A DNA stretch of 64,000 bases, taken from positions 105,490-169,489 of the forward strand of contig JAVYLK010000001.1 in the NCBI GenBank assembly GCA_038740895.1. Direction: 5' to 3'. The translations under genes and the position numbers were made by a program. This document shows, piece after piece, positions 27,754-37,131 of the stretch. The DNA comes from Candidatus Caldarchaeum sp. Lineage in GTDB: Archaea; Thermoproteota; Nitrososphaeria_A; Caldarchaeales; Caldarchaeaceae. The notes below the pieces were generated by a model, which was not told where the DNA came from, searched no databases, and saw nothing but the letters and a program-made list of their open reading frames with translations. Numbering within the stretch: position 1 is the first letter of the stretch; every line of letters starts with the position of its first letter.

Positions 27754-30350
27754 CCCAGCTTCCTACGGGAGGGGGCATCTTTATGCTTTAACAGCTGCAG
27801 GCCGACGGAGAAGATTGCCGCTGCTAGAGAAGCCGCTGTATAAGGAGTCAAAGGCAGGACTACCTCCTGGACGCCTTCTTTCGGCATCAGGTTAAACCCG
27901 TAGCTGAGGAAATTCGACTCGATTACGGCTTGCTCAGCGTATTCAGTGAGCTGGCTGAAGTAGGCCAGGCCTCTCTCGTCTGTTCGGGCGACTTCCTCAA
28001 CACCCATGCTGTTCCTGACCACAACCTTCGTGCTTACGAACGGGATGCCTAGGAAGTCTCTGGCCTTGAGCACAAAGCTACCGACCTTGACGCTCAGCCG
28101 GAGCTGCCCAGGTTCTTCAACAACTATCCTTTCAACGTTTTTCACATCAAGGCCTTTGAACAAAACCGCCTCCACCTCGGCCTCACCTAATGGAAGCCAG
28201 TAGCTTGAACCAGCCGCAAGTACGAACTTCTCCCCCGATGAAGTTTTTAGGAAGACCGTTCCGTTCACATCCTTCCCGTCCCTAGAGACGAACAAGGGAG
28301 AAACCAAGGCTTCGGGTCGGTATACCGCCTTCAGATGCTTAGGGTTATCCACGTAAACTCTAGCAGTCGTGCCGTCGGCGCTGTCGACGTCTCCCAACCA
28401 TCCTACGAACACGCTCCTCTCACCGTTCCCCCGATAAACAACCTCCTCCGCTTCCACCACCAATTGTCTGCCGACGGCCCACCACAGCTCAGCAGACCCG
28501 TTCATCTTCTCCACCTTCACCAGAGCCTCGAGAACCCATTCGGCCTTGAACCTTACAGGCTCTCGCACAACCAACTCCACAGCCGGCTCGACTCCCAACC
28601 CAGCCCATCCGAGGAACCTGTACCTAAGCCCTTGACCAGCGTTCCTCAACACCGGCCCAGCGTCCAGCACTATGGGCCCGTTCTTGACAAACCACCCGCT
28701 TTCAACCATGACGGGCTGTGCCGACTCGATCTCCACGTAGTAGTAGACTCTGTAAACGGCTTTGGCTTGTACAGGGTTTCTGACGACGATAGTCGCTGAG
28801 GTGGTGTTCAGCTGGAGCCCTTGCCATTCTTGGAAAACAGCTTGTGTGTTGTTTTCCCAAGTGATTGTGGACGGGGCCGAGAGCTCAAAAACATCGCCCT
28901 CAGCATGCCATGCATCGTGGAGCAGAGCTTCCCCGTGGCTGCTTTTCGCCTGTACACGGAACTCCTTCTTCCAGCTGGCGACGACCGAAACGGGTCGGTC
29001 GACGTAAACCCTGTAAGTGTTTTCGTCGAGCTTCTCCATCGCCGGCCTCGAGTCTACTGAAGTAAGTGTCTGCCTCGCGTCGTCCCCAGTGTACACGTGC
29101 TTCTGTAAAATTCTCAGAACGACAAAACTGCCCTCTGGATACCATCCACCGCCCTCGATTACTTCAAACGGCGATACCACCGAGACGAGAAACTCTTTCA
29201 CATAAACTGCTTCAACGCTAAGAGGCCTGTTGACTACTACCTGCCTAATCCTGCTGGGTTCGCCGTCGCTCCATCCCTCGAACCTAAGCCTGACCCCCTC
29301 ATCCAGCAGGCTATACTCCAAGGCATCGAGCTGAATCGCACGGCCTCTCCTCACCCATTCATCATATACTCCGTCGAGACGTTTGACGGAAACTAGGTAG
29401 TAGACGCCGTATCTCGCTGTGAAATCCTGGGAGGAGTTCACGGTCTGCACTAGCTGGGCTTCTTCAGATATCTTGACGCCGTTTACATGCCAGCCTTCGA
29501 AGCGGAAAAGCGTGCCGTTGCCATGATTTATCAGTGGCGGGACGCTGTACCTAAAAGACTGTCCGTACGCCAGCTGGGTCGAGTTCAGGAACACCCTGCC
29601 TAGCTCAGACTCCATTAGCACACGAACGGTCAAGACTTCCGGTACAGGTGTAAGGTATTTGTAGGCCAACCCTTCAGGAAGCGAAACAGTCGACTGTCTG
29701 GGGCTGCTGAAGGATGTCTGGGAGACCCATGAGTAAGCCACGGCTAGTGCGTAGACGTTGAGGGTTGAGGGAAACTCGGCTGAGTTCAAATGAGTATACA
29801 TCAAATCTTGACTGTACGTTGAGTGGTCTAGGCCGAGGGCGTGCCCGTATTCGTGGGCCGCTACCTTGTACGCTGTCGAGGGGTTGTTGCCCACGCATGC
29901 CTTCGATATTTGTATGGAGGCTCTCAGGATTGCGCGTGTTGCGCTGTTAAACCTCAGCGACGCAACTCCGCACACGTTGTTCCCAAGCGACTCGACGTAG
30001 GATAGACCGACGTCGGCATCTGACTCCCTCAGAACATAACTGTATCTCAGCGTAAGGAGGTAAGAGTATCCGTACTCGCCGACGAAGGCCCTTATGCTGC
30101 CGTACCAGACCTCGACCCCTCTCCTGGCAGCCGAATCTAAAACCTCCGAGCCAGACGGCTGGATGTAAACGTTAAGACTGGTCTTGGACCATGCCCCTAT
30201 GAGGTCTATCTGCCTGCTGCTTGCTTGGAGCGGTGTGAAGGCTTCAGGCGATAAGGCTTGGATGGTTAATTCATACTCTGCAGGAGCCAGCGGTAGGAAA
30301 ACAGCTGCTATAAAGACGGTCAGAAAAATGCTGGCGGAGGCCCTTGTCAA
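27750..30350 (-). CDS. Secreted/surface-anchored zinc metalloprotease, metzincin (matrixin/M10-like) catalytic domain plus a large C-terminal beta-rich region and C-terminal TM anchor
   Basis: 866 aa. N-terminal signal peptide (FLTVFIAAVFLPLAPA). HEYGHALGLDHS (HExxHxxGxxH) followed by a Met-turn LMY. C-terminal hydrophobic helix then RRKLG. Confidence 0.65.
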   Translation of the reverse strand: MTRASASIFLTVFIAAVFLPLAPAEYELTIQALSPEAFTPLQASSRQIDLIGAWSKTSLNVYIQPSGSEVLDSAARRGVEVWYGSIRAFVGEYGYSYLLTLRYSYVLRESDADVGLSYVESLGNNVCGVASLRFNSATRAILRASIQISKACVGNNPSTAYKVAAHEYGHALGLDHSTYSQDLMYTHLNSAEFPSTLNVYALAVAYSWVSQTSFSSPRQSTVSLPEGLAYKYLTPVPEVLTVRVLMESELGRVFLNSTQLAYGQSFRYSVPPLINHGNGTLFRFEGWHVNGVKISEEAQLVQTVNSSQDFTARYGVYYLVSVKRLDGVYDEWVRRGRAIQLDALEYSLLDEGVRLRFEGWSDGEPSRIRQVVVNRPLSVEAVYVKEFLVSVVSPFEVIEGGGWYPEGSFVVLRILQKHVYTGDDARQTLTSVDSRPAMEKLDENTYRVYVDRPVSVVASWKKEFRVQAKSSHGEALLHDAWHAEGDVFELSAPSTITWENNTQAVFQEWQGLQLNTTSATIVVRNPVQAKAVYRVYYYVEIESAQPVMVESGWFVKNGPIVLDAGPVLRNAGQGLRYRFLGWAGLGVEPAVELVVREPVRFKAEWVLEALVKVEKMNGSAELWWAVGRQLVVEAEEVVYRGNGERSVFVGWLGDVDSADGTTARVYVDNPKHLKAVYRPEALVSPLFVSRDGKDVNGTVFLKTSSGEKFVLAAGSSYWLPLGEAEVEAVLFKGLDVKNVERIVVEEPGQLRLSVKVGSFVLKARDFLGIPFVSTKVVVRNSMGVEEVARTDERGLAYFSQLTEYAEQAVIESNFLSYGFNLMPKEGVQEVVLPLTPYTAASLAAAIFSVGLQLLKHKDAPSRRKLG

Positions 30351-30454
30351 GTTTGGACGGTTCTTCGCGGGGCCGGAAATAAACCTTTAACGGAAGCGGC
30401 TCAGCCAAACGCCTTCAAATCATCGTGTTCTTCTTAACTCTGACACATCACGGC

Positions 30455-30476
30455 CGCAGCATATACATATCAACAA
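30455..30476 (+). promoter_or_regulatory. TATA-like element (CATATACATATCAAC) upstream of trmI, in a divergent region shared with the metalloprotease gene
   Basis: ~28 nt upstream of ATG 30500. A reciprocal element GGTTTATTT (minus strand) lies ~25 nt upstream of the metalloprotease start at 30350. Confidence 0.3.
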
Positions 30477-30499
30477 GCTTCTCTTAACTTTAAACCGGT

Positions 30500-31285
30500 A
30501 TGGACGCTGAAACCCCCGAAATCCAAGACTCCGACAGAGTACTGATAATCACCGAGAAGCGGAAGAGATACTTGGTTCAAGTTAGGCAGGGCAAGAAGTT
30601 TCACAGCAGCGAAGGCTTCATAGACACCTCCGTCCTCATAGGCAAGCCGTTCGGATGCACAGTCGTCAGCAACACAGGGTCTAGATGGGTTGTACACAGG
30701 CCGACGGTCGTCGACAGGCTCATGTTCTTCCCAAGGACTACCCAAATAGTCTACCCGAAAGACATAGGCTACATAGTCGTTGCTTCCGGAGTCGGGCCTG
30801 GGAGCAGGGTTCTTGAGGCTGGTGCTGGAACCGGTGTTTTAACAACCATGCTGGCGCATCTCGTAAGGCCTACTGGAATGGTTTACAGCTACGACGTAAG
30901 AGCGGAGTACCTCGAAGCGGTTAGCTTTAGGCTTAGGCAGCTTGGTCTAGATAAGTTCGTCGAGCTAAAGCTTGGAGACGTGGCTAAGGACGCCTCCGAG
31001 GAAGAAATTGACGCAGCCGTCATCGACATCCCAGAACCTTGGACGGCTTCCAAACGTTGCTACGAATGCCTAAAGCCCAGCGGGATCTGGGTGTCCGTAA
31101 GCCCAACAGTTGAGCAGGTGGTTCAAACATGCGAGGCGTTGGAGAAAACAGGATACAGCGACATCACCTGCGTAGAGCTCTTCCTGAGAAACCTGAGAGT
31201 CAAGAGAGGAATGACTAGGCCAGAGTTCATCATGAGAGGACACACCGCCTACATCGTTTCAGCTAGGAAAACCTTGGCCGATTAA
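30500..31285 (+). CDS. trmI: tRNA (adenine-N1)-methyltransferase TrmI (Gcd14 family)
   Basis: 261 aa. SAM motif VLEAGAGTGVLTTMLA and the Gcd14-type N-terminal beta domain. Confidence 0.8.
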   Translation: MDAETPEIQDSDRVLIITEKRKRYLVQVRQGKKFHSSEGFIDTSVLIGKPFGCTVVSNTGSRWVVHRPTVVDRLMFFPRTTQIVYPKDIGYIVVASGVGPGSRVLEAGAGTGVLTTMLAHLVRPTGMVYSYDVRAEYLEAVSFRLRQLGLDKFVELKLGDVAKDASEEEIDAAVIDIPEPWTASKRCYECLKPSGIWVSVSPTVEQVVQTCEALEKTGYSDITCVELFLRNLRVKRGMTRPEFIMRGHTAYIVSARKTLAD

Positions 31286-31887
31286 GAGCCTCTGCCGCCA
31301 AGCTCCACGATACACTCGGCGATCTGCTTAGCCGCTTCCTCGGCGTGCTGGAAGGGGTAGGCCTGAGGATAGTTGAGGTCTAGTATTTTCAGATAGCACA
31401 TGGCTGAGTTGGCGGCCGCCACTACGAACTGCCTCCCCAAGTTCTGGTCGTATATAATCTGCTCGATGCTCGACACCTCTCTCCGCCGCCCGACCCCTGC
31501 AGCCAAATCCTTCATACGCCTCTCAACAATATCCTCGGGCCTGAACTCCATGTAGACTATGACCTCCGGCTTTATCAGCTTGACAACTTCGTCGGGGAGG
31601 CCTGGATAGTAGGAAGACCCCGACTTAATGACCGAGTGCGTGTCGATGATAACCGTGTCGTCGAGGCTGGCTATCTTCTCCGCTGCAGCAATCTGCAACC
31701 TCTGGTAATCCCTAAGCCCGAGAATCCTCCGCATCTCGTCTCTATGTTTCACGCCGTACCTGCTGGCCGCCTCCTCGAACATCAAGTCGCCGAAGTTAAC
31801 GACTCTTACGTCGGGGATAATCTCAGCCACTTTCCTGATGGTTGTTGTCTTGCCCGAGCCGGGCAGAGCCGTTACAACGATTTTCAC
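31282..31887 (-). CDS. adkA: Archaeal-type adenylate kinase
   Basis: 201 aa. MKIVVTALPGSGKTT P-loop at the N-terminus. Size and layout of archaeal AdkA. Confidence 0.65.
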   Translation of the reverse strand: MKIVVTALPGSGKTTTIRKVAEIIPDVRVVNFGDLMFEEAASRYGVKHRDEMRRILGLRDYQRLQIAAAEKIASLDDTVIIDTHSVIKSGSSYYPGLPDEVVKLIKPEVIVYMEFRPEDIVERRMKDLAAGVGRRREVSSIEQIIYDQNLGRQFVVAAANSAMCYLKILDLNYPQAYPFQHAEEAAKQIAECIVELGGRGS

Positions 31888-31917
31888 AGCCTAAGTCTCT
31901 AAAGCGCCGTAAAAAAC

Positions 31918-32847
31918 CTACCCCCCGGGAAGCTCGAGTTGTTTCTCAAGCTTCTGCTTCATCGACAAATACTCGCTCTGCTTCAGCTCGCCGATCTTGT
32001 ACCGCAGCTCTAGCTTGTTCAACTCTCTCCTGATTTTGTGGTGCTGTTCCATCAAAACATCTAGAACCTTCAAAGCCGCATCGATGTCTTCCTCAATCTG
32101 GGTGACGATGTTCTCTTTGATCCCAATCTCCCTCCAGTTTGTTTTGATTTTGTTTAGCTTATCCTCAAGCTGTGTCTTGAACGATGGAAGGTCGCCCAGC
32201 CTTATGTTGAAGGGGTTTCTGAGGTACATCAGCTTTGGCCTAAGCTTGCTTATCTCCCTCTCGATCTCAAGCTTCTGAGTGATGTACTGCCTGTCAGGAA
32301 TCTCGCCTATCTCGTGCTTAACCTTGAGCTTCTCCAGCATCGAGCCGAGGCTGTTGAGCCTCTCCTCAACCTTCTTAATCTCGTTCTCCCTCCTCTCGTT
32401 CAGCGTCCTCAGCCTAGACCTGTACTCGCTGTAAAGCTCCTCGAAAACGTCGGGGTCGGCCTCTCGCTCCAAGAACAAGTCTATCAACCGGAGATACCAC
32501 GAGTAGACTGAGGAAGTCTGGTCAACCAGCCTCTTCTCCTCAACAACAGCTTCTTCAACGCTTGCAGTAGACACTCCAGCAGGTTGTTCAACAGCTTCGA
32601 CAGTCGTCTCAGCAGCCGGGCCGGACGGAGCCTCCGCAACCTCCGGAGGTGCCTGAACAACAGGCTCAGCAGGCTTCTCCAGCGTGTAGCCGCAGTATAT
32701 ACAGAATTTCCCCTTGATCGTGAGTCGGTGGCAGTTGGGGCATTCAATCCTTGTGGTGGCCAATTCGATGTTTCCAAGGTTTTTCGGCCTAATAAAATTT
32801 ATCAACGAGTCTCTTGACAGCAATTGCTGGTTAATACCGCCAGACAT
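31918..32847 (-). CDS. Hypothetical zinc-ribbon plus coiled-coil protein
   Basis: CPNCHRL...CIYCG zinc ribbon, an Ala/Pro/Glu-rich linker, then a long heptad-rich C-terminal half. Start placed at the internal Met (MSGGINQQ) to avoid overlap with the divergent histone gene; the ORF track extends it to 32976. Confidence 0.4.
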   Translation of the reverse strand: MSGGINQQLLSRDSLINFIRPKNLGNIELATTRIECPNCHRLTIKGKFCIYCGYTLEKPAEPVVQAPPEVAEAPSGPAAETTVEAVEQPAGVSTASVEEAVVEEKRLVDQTSSVYSWYLRLIDLFLEREADPDVFEELYSEYRSRLRTLNERRENEIKKVEERLNSLGSMLEKLKVKHEIGEIPDRQYITQKLEIEREISKLRPKLMYLRNPFNIRLGDLPSFKTQLEDKLNKIKTNWREIGIKENIVTQIEEDIDAALKVLDVLMEQHHKIRRELNKLELRYKIGELKQSEYLSMKQKLEKQLELPGG

Positions 32848-32938
32848 TCCTTGGAAAGAGGCTTCGAAACTCGTTGCACGTTTAGCTGGTTCTCTAGCCT
32901 CTGAAAAGGTTTTAAGCAGGACTACCGCATCCAGATTG

Positions 32939-33178
32939 ATGAACGACGAGCAATCAGACTTTCCGTCTGCTCCCATCCATCGCCTGATGAAGAAAGCTGG
33001 GGCCGGCAGAGTAAGCGAGGACGCGGCTGAAGAGCTTAAGAGGGTTCTCGAGAGCGTAGGCTCGATGATCGCTAAGGAAGCCCATGAGCTTGCTCAGTAC
33101 GCTGGCCGGAGGACGGTGAAGAAGGAGGATGTAGAGAGAGCTGCTAGAACCGTTTTGCGAGGGGTTATCGGGTCCTAA
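32939..33178 (+). CDS. Archaeal histone (histone-fold DNA-binding protein)
   Basis: 79 aa from ATG 32939. IHRLMKKAGAGRVSEDAAEELKRVLESVGSMIAKEAHELAQYAGRRTVKKEDVERAARTV matches the HMf-type histone fold. A longer 154-aa upstream-extended reading is possible but lacks histone-like sequence. Confidence 0.7.
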   Translation: MNDEQSDFPSAPIHRLMKKAGAGRVSEDAAEELKRVLESVGSMIAKEAHELAQYAGRRTVKKEDVERAARTVLRGVIGS

Positions 33179-33185
33179 GCTCGTT

Positions 33186-33215
33186 TAGCTTTAAATTCAT
33201 CCATTAAAATCCAGA
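33186..33215 (+). promoter_or_regulatory. Candidate thermosome promoter (TTTAAAT / ATTAAAA elements)
   Basis: AT-rich boxes 20-45 nt upstream of ATG 33234 in an otherwise GC-rich context. Confidence 0.35.
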
Positions 33216-33233
33216 GTCTAGGGTTGATGTGAA

Positions 33234-34859
33234 ATGTCTCTAGCACCAGGTCAGCCAGTAATAATTCTGAAGGAGGGGACGACGAGGACGCAGGGAAGGT
33301 CTGCGCAGAGGAACAACATAGCTGCTGCGAAGATCATCGCAGAGATCGTCAGAACCACTCTTGGCCCGAAGGGGATGGATAAGCTGTTGGTCGACAACAT
33401 CGGCGACGTTATAGTGACGAACGACGGGGCAACTATCCTCGAGAAGATAGACGTCGAGCATCCCGCCGCAAAGATGATTATCGAGGTAGCTAAGTCTCAG
33501 GACCATGTTGTCGGAGACGGCACGACGACTGCTGTTGTGCTCGCCGGCGAGCTTCTCAGGAAAGCGGAGGAGCTGATTGAGCAGAAGATACACGCCAGCA
33601 CTATCATATCGGGATACAAGAAAGGGCTTGAGATGGCTTTGAACGTCCTCAACGAAAACGCAGCAAAGATAGACCTGAACGACCGCCAGACCCTCCGCAA
33701 GGTCATAACAACGGCACTCGGCAGCAAATCCCTCGGATTCGCCCTAGACAGGCTTGTCGACGTAGCCATCGAATCTGTCCTGAGTGTGGCCAAAGATGTG
33801 AACGGAAAACTCAAGGCCGACAAGGACGACATTCAGATAGTCAAAAAGATCGGTAAGAGCCTGAACGAGACGGAGCTGGTTAGGGGCGTAATCGTGGACA
33901 AGGAGGTTGTCCACGCCGCCATGCCTAAAAGGGTTGAGAACGCAAGGATAGCGCTGATAGACAGCCCGTTCGAGATCGAAAAAACAGAGTTCAGCGCTGA
34001 GATAAGAATCAGAGACCCACTGAAGATAAAGGAGTTTCTGGACGAGGAGACGAACATCCTCAAGGGGATGGTTGACAAGGTCAAGGCTGTTGGTGCGAAC
34101 GTTGTGTTCTGCCAGAAGGGCATCGACGACGCCGCCCAGTTCTTCCTAGCTAAGGAGGGCATACTGGCAGTGCGTAGAGTCAAGAAGAGCGACATGGAGA
34201 AGCTTGCTAAGGCCACCGGTGGAAGGGTTGTGACGAACTTCGAGGACCTTTCGCCTAAAGACCTTGGAAAGGCTGGTCTGGTTGAGGAGAGAAAGATAGG
34301 TGAGGATAGAATGGTGTTCGTCGAGAAGTGCGAGAACCCGAAGGCTGTGGCTGTTCTTTTGAGGGCAGGGCTGGAGAGGCAGCTCGACGAGGCTGAGAGG
34401 GCTTTAAACGATGCTATCATGAACATGGTGGACTTGGTGGACGACCCGCGTGTGGTGCCCGGAGGCGGGGCGATAGAGGAGGAGCTTGCGAAGAACTTGA
34501 GGGCCAACGCCGGTAAGTTCTCTGGCAAGGAGCAGCTGGCTTTCACGGCTTTCGCTGAAGCCCTCGAGGTCATTCCAAGGACGCTGGCGGAGAACGCTGG
34601 TCTCGAGCCTGTTGAGATAATGGCCCAGCTGCGACATGCGCACGAGAACAACGGAAGGAGCGTCGGCGTCAACATATTCGGCGGAGGAGTTGCCGACATG
34701 CTCAAAAACGGAGTAATCGAGCCGGCCAAAGTCAAGATACATGCGTTGAGGTCTAGCTTTGAGGCCACTTCGATGATTCTACGGATCGACGACGTTGTGG
34801 CAGCTTCCAAGAAGAAAGAGGAGAAGAAGAAGGAAGAATCCGAAACTCCGGAGTTCTAA
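33234..34859 (+). CDS. ths: Thermosome subunit (group II chaperonin)
   Basis: 541 aa. [40 protein letters not shown]-terminal KKEEKKKEE tail. Confidence 0.95.
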   Translation: MSLAPGQPVIILKEGTTRTQGRSAQRNNIAAAKIIAEIVRTTLGPKGMDKLLVDNIGDVIVTNDGATILEKIDVEHPAAKMIIEVAKSQDHVVGDGTTTAVVLAGELLRKAEELIEQKIHASTIISGYKKGLEMALNVLNENAAKIDLNDRQTLRKVITTALGSKSLGFALDRLVDVAIESVLSVAKDVNGKLKADKDDIQIVKKIGKSLNETELVRGVIVDKEVVHAAMPKRVENARIALIDSPFEIEKTEFSAEIRIRDPLKIKEFLDEETNILKGMVDKVKAVGANVVFCQKGIDDAAQFFLAKEGILAVRRVKKSDMEKLAKATGGRVVTNFEDLSPKDLGKAGLVEERKIGEDRMVFVEKCENPKAVAVLLRAGLERQLDEAERALNDAIMNMVDLVDDPRVVPGGGAIEEELAKNLRANAGKFSGKEQLAFTAFAEALEVIPRTLAENAGLEPVEIMAQLRHAHENNGRSVGVNIFGGGVADMLKNGVIEPAKVKIHALRSSFEATSMILRIDDVVAASKKKEEKKKEESETPEF

Positions 34860-34872
34860 CCTTTTTTCAAAA
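34860..34872 (+). terminator. T-rich tract (CTTTTTTC) immediately after the thermosome stop codon
   Basis: Archaeal terminators are oligo-T runs. T6 begins 3 nt after the TAA. Confidence 0.45.
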
Positions 34873-34909
34873 ACCTTTCATATTTATTAGTTCAAATTTA
34901 ACGCAAAGT

Positions 34910-35290
34910 TTGATGAAAACAAGCCAAGTTTTGGGTACTCTAGTAGGAGTTGGAGTTTTCGTGCAGATACTGCTGGGAGAGTCGAGGCTCGCCGCCGGCA
35001 TCCTTAGGGACGTGCATGCGACGATAGGTTTGGCAGGTCTAGCGGTCGTCCTAGGTTATGCTTACGTCAACAGGCGGAGCAGGATTGCCCTAGCGATGGC
35101 TTCCATAGTTGTTGTCATCACCGCTGCTCAAGTCGTCTTAGGGCTCTCGCTCTACGGCCTTCTTCCACTGGTGATGAGCCATTCAGCTCTTGAGATAAGC
35201 CATAGGTTCACGGCTTACATCCTGTTCGCAGCGGGAATAGCAGTAAGCATAGCTGCAGTCATTCTAAGAAGGAGGTCTTCACAAGCCTAG
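34910..35290 (+). CDS. Small integral membrane protein (4 predicted TM helices), hypothetical
   Basis: 126 aa, almost entirely hydrophobic helices. Confidence 0.4.
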   Translation: MMKTSQVLGTLVGVGVFVQILLGESRLAAGILRDVHATIGLAGLAVVLGYAYVNRRSRIALAMASIVVVITAAQVVLGLSLYGLLPLVMSHSALEISHRFTAYILFAAGIAVSIAAVILRRRSSQA

Positions 35291-35325
35291 GGTTTTGTTT
35301 AAATCCAAGAAATGCATAACATTTA

Positions 35326-36534
35326 TTGATGGTATTCCCGTTTTTTTCTCTTCAAGATTTTAGCGTTGAACTGACTGAGGAGCATGAAATATTCCGCAAA
35401 TCCGTGCGTGAGTTCGCCGAAAACGTTCTGGAACGACATGTAGCTGAGATTGAGAGGACTAACAGGATCCCAGACCATCTAATTGAAAAGGCGGCTGAGT
35501 TGGGCTACTTCGGCCTCGGAATACCTGAGGAATACGGCGGTCAGGGAGTCGACCTTATGTCTGTCGCAATATACGTTGAGGAAATTTCCAGGGTTTGTCC
35601 AGCCTTCACAGTCGCTACGCTGGTCCACAGGCTATTCACCTACCCCGTGATGGTTTATGGGACAGACGAGCAGCGACGCAAGTATCTTCCACCCCTTGCC
35701 TCAGGAAAGAAGCACGCAAGCCACGCGACCACCGAGCCGGGAGCTGGCTCAGACGTGGCGGGCATACAGACGACTGCCGTCAGGAAGAATGGTGGCTGGG
35801 TATTGAACGGCCGAAAATACTTCATATCGGGGGCTGACAAAGCTGACTACTTCATAGTTCTAGCAAGGACTTCGCCACCTCCCAGCAGGAAAGAGAGGAG
35901 CAAGGGGTTGACTTTCTTCATACTTGAAAAGGGAGCCGAGGGTCTCAAGCTGGGCGAGAGAATTGAAGTGATGGGGATCCGGGGCAGTCACCCGTACGAA
36001 CTTATTCTGGACAACGTCCACGTGTCTGAGAATAACATGGTCGGGGAAGAGGGTCAGGGTTTCAAGATTGCGATGGACACCTACGACCACGGCAGGATTG
36101 GTGTTGCAGCGCAAGCGGTCGGCATAGCTCAAGCATGCTTCGAGAAAAGCCTGCAGTACACGCTTCAGCGGAGAGCTTTCGAAAGACCTCTGATATACTT
36201 CCAAGCCGTCCAGTTTCACATCAGCGAGATCCTGACATACCTCGAGGCCGCTAGGCTGATGCTCTACTGGTCGTCGACCATGGCGATGAAGAATAGGCAG
36301 GGAGCAGTCATGGCCGCCTCCATGGCTAAGCTTTTCGCCACAGAGGCTGCTGAAAAAGCCGCTCTCAAGGCGATCTCCCTTCACGGAGGCGTTGGCGTGG
36401 CCACCGACGGCATGGTTGAGAGGTTTCTGAGAGACACTCAAATATTGAAAACCTACGAGGGAGCCAACGACATACAGAAACTAGTAATACTTAGGCAGAT
36501 GCTCAAAACAACTTTTGGAATGGATGTAGAATAG
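35326..36534 (+). CDS. Acyl-CoA dehydrogenase
   Basis: 402 aa. ACAD N-terminal, middle and C-terminal domains. Catalytic-base region YEGANDIQKLVI near the C-terminus. Confidence 0.85.
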   Translation: MMVFPFFSLQDFSVELTEEHEIFRKSVREFAENVLERHVAEIERTNRIPDHLIEKAAELGYFGLGIPEEYGGQGVDLMSVAIYVEEISRVCPAFTVATLVHRLFTYPVMVYGTDEQRRKYLPPLASGKKHASHATTEPGAGSDVAGIQTTAVRKNGGWVLNGRKYFISGADKADYFIVLARTSPPPSRKERSKGLTFFILEKGAEGLKLGERIEVMGIRGSHPYELILDNVHVSENNMVGEEGQGFKIAMDTYDHGRIGVAAQAVGIAQACFEKSLQYTLQRRAFERPLIYFQAVQFHISEILTYLEAARLMLYWSSTMAMKNRQGAVMAASMAKLFATEAAEKAALKAISLHGGVGVATDGMVERFLRDTQILKTYEGANDIQKLVILRQMLKTTFGMDVE

Positions 36535-36544
36535 CCTTCCACAA

Positions 36545-36555
36545 ACTTTTTTAGT
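36545..36555 (+). terminator. T-rich tract (CTTTTTTAG) after the acyl-CoA dehydrogenase stop
   Basis: T6 run 12 nt downstream of the TAG at 36534. Confidence 0.4.
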
Positions 36556-36585
36556 AAACCACTACACTCTAGTCGAGGGAAGCCG

Positions 36586-37131
36586 ATGAACCATCTACTC
36601 AACTTAGCTTCCGCCGCCCTAGCAAGCTTCGCAATAATGATCCTTCTCTCAACTCTTGAGTTCACAGCCGAGCAACCCGCCCAGCCAGTTGTAGCGGCTG
36701 TGGTCCTGGCAGCCGTAGCAGCCGGCTTCGCTGGACGCTCGCCGGTCAGGGCCGCTGTGGGTGTCTTGATTGGCGGGGTGGCGGCTTTTACGCTTGCGTC
36801 TCTCTGGGGCGTTAAGCTCTGGTCTCCCTCGCCCGTACCGTCTGACCTCCCAGTCATAAGGATGATGCTCATAGGTGGTACCGCCCTTCTGGCCGCCGGA
36901 GTCGGTCTAGTGGCCTCGGAGATTCTTTCAAAACCCAAGCCGTCTGGTTTGAAAGAGGAGACGCCGAAGCCGGCGAAGCAGCCTGTCGTCGAGCTCGAGG
37001 TCGTCAAGAAAGAGGTTCGAGAGGCCGTGCCCGAGCCGGGAAACAGAGTTTGCAAGTTCTGCGAAAACGTAATTCCAGCAGAGTCGGTCTTCTGCCCCAT
37101 GTGCGGGGCTAAACTGGTCGAAGCAGAGTGA
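36586..37131 (+). CDS. Membrane protein with C-terminal zinc ribbon, hypothetical
   Basis: 181 aa. Three to four TM helices, then CKFCEN...CPMCGAKL. The stop overlaps the Lhr start (ATGA), suggesting co-transcription. Confidence 0.45.
   Translation: MNHLLNLASAALASFAIMILLSTLEFTAEQPAQPVVAAVVLAAVAAGFAGRSPVRAAVGVLIGGVAAFTLASLWGVKLWSPSPVPSDLPVIRMMLIGGTALLAAGVGLVASEILSKPKPSGLKEETPKPAKQPVVELEVVKKEVREAVPEPGNRVCKFCENVIPAESVFCPMCGAKLVEAE

Noticed and set aside
32714-32938. Extended 154-aa 'doublet histone' reading of the histone gene
   Set aside because: The upstream half has no histone-fold periodicity and overlaps the convergent zinc-ribbon/coiled-coil gene. The 79-aa form from ATG 32939 has a TATA-like element ~20 nt upstream.
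33833-34810. 325-aa minus-strand ORF antisense to the thermosome gene
   Set aside because: Ser/Ala/Thr-rich low-complexity translation lying entirely inside a very well supported gene. Typical antisense artefact in GC-rich DNA.
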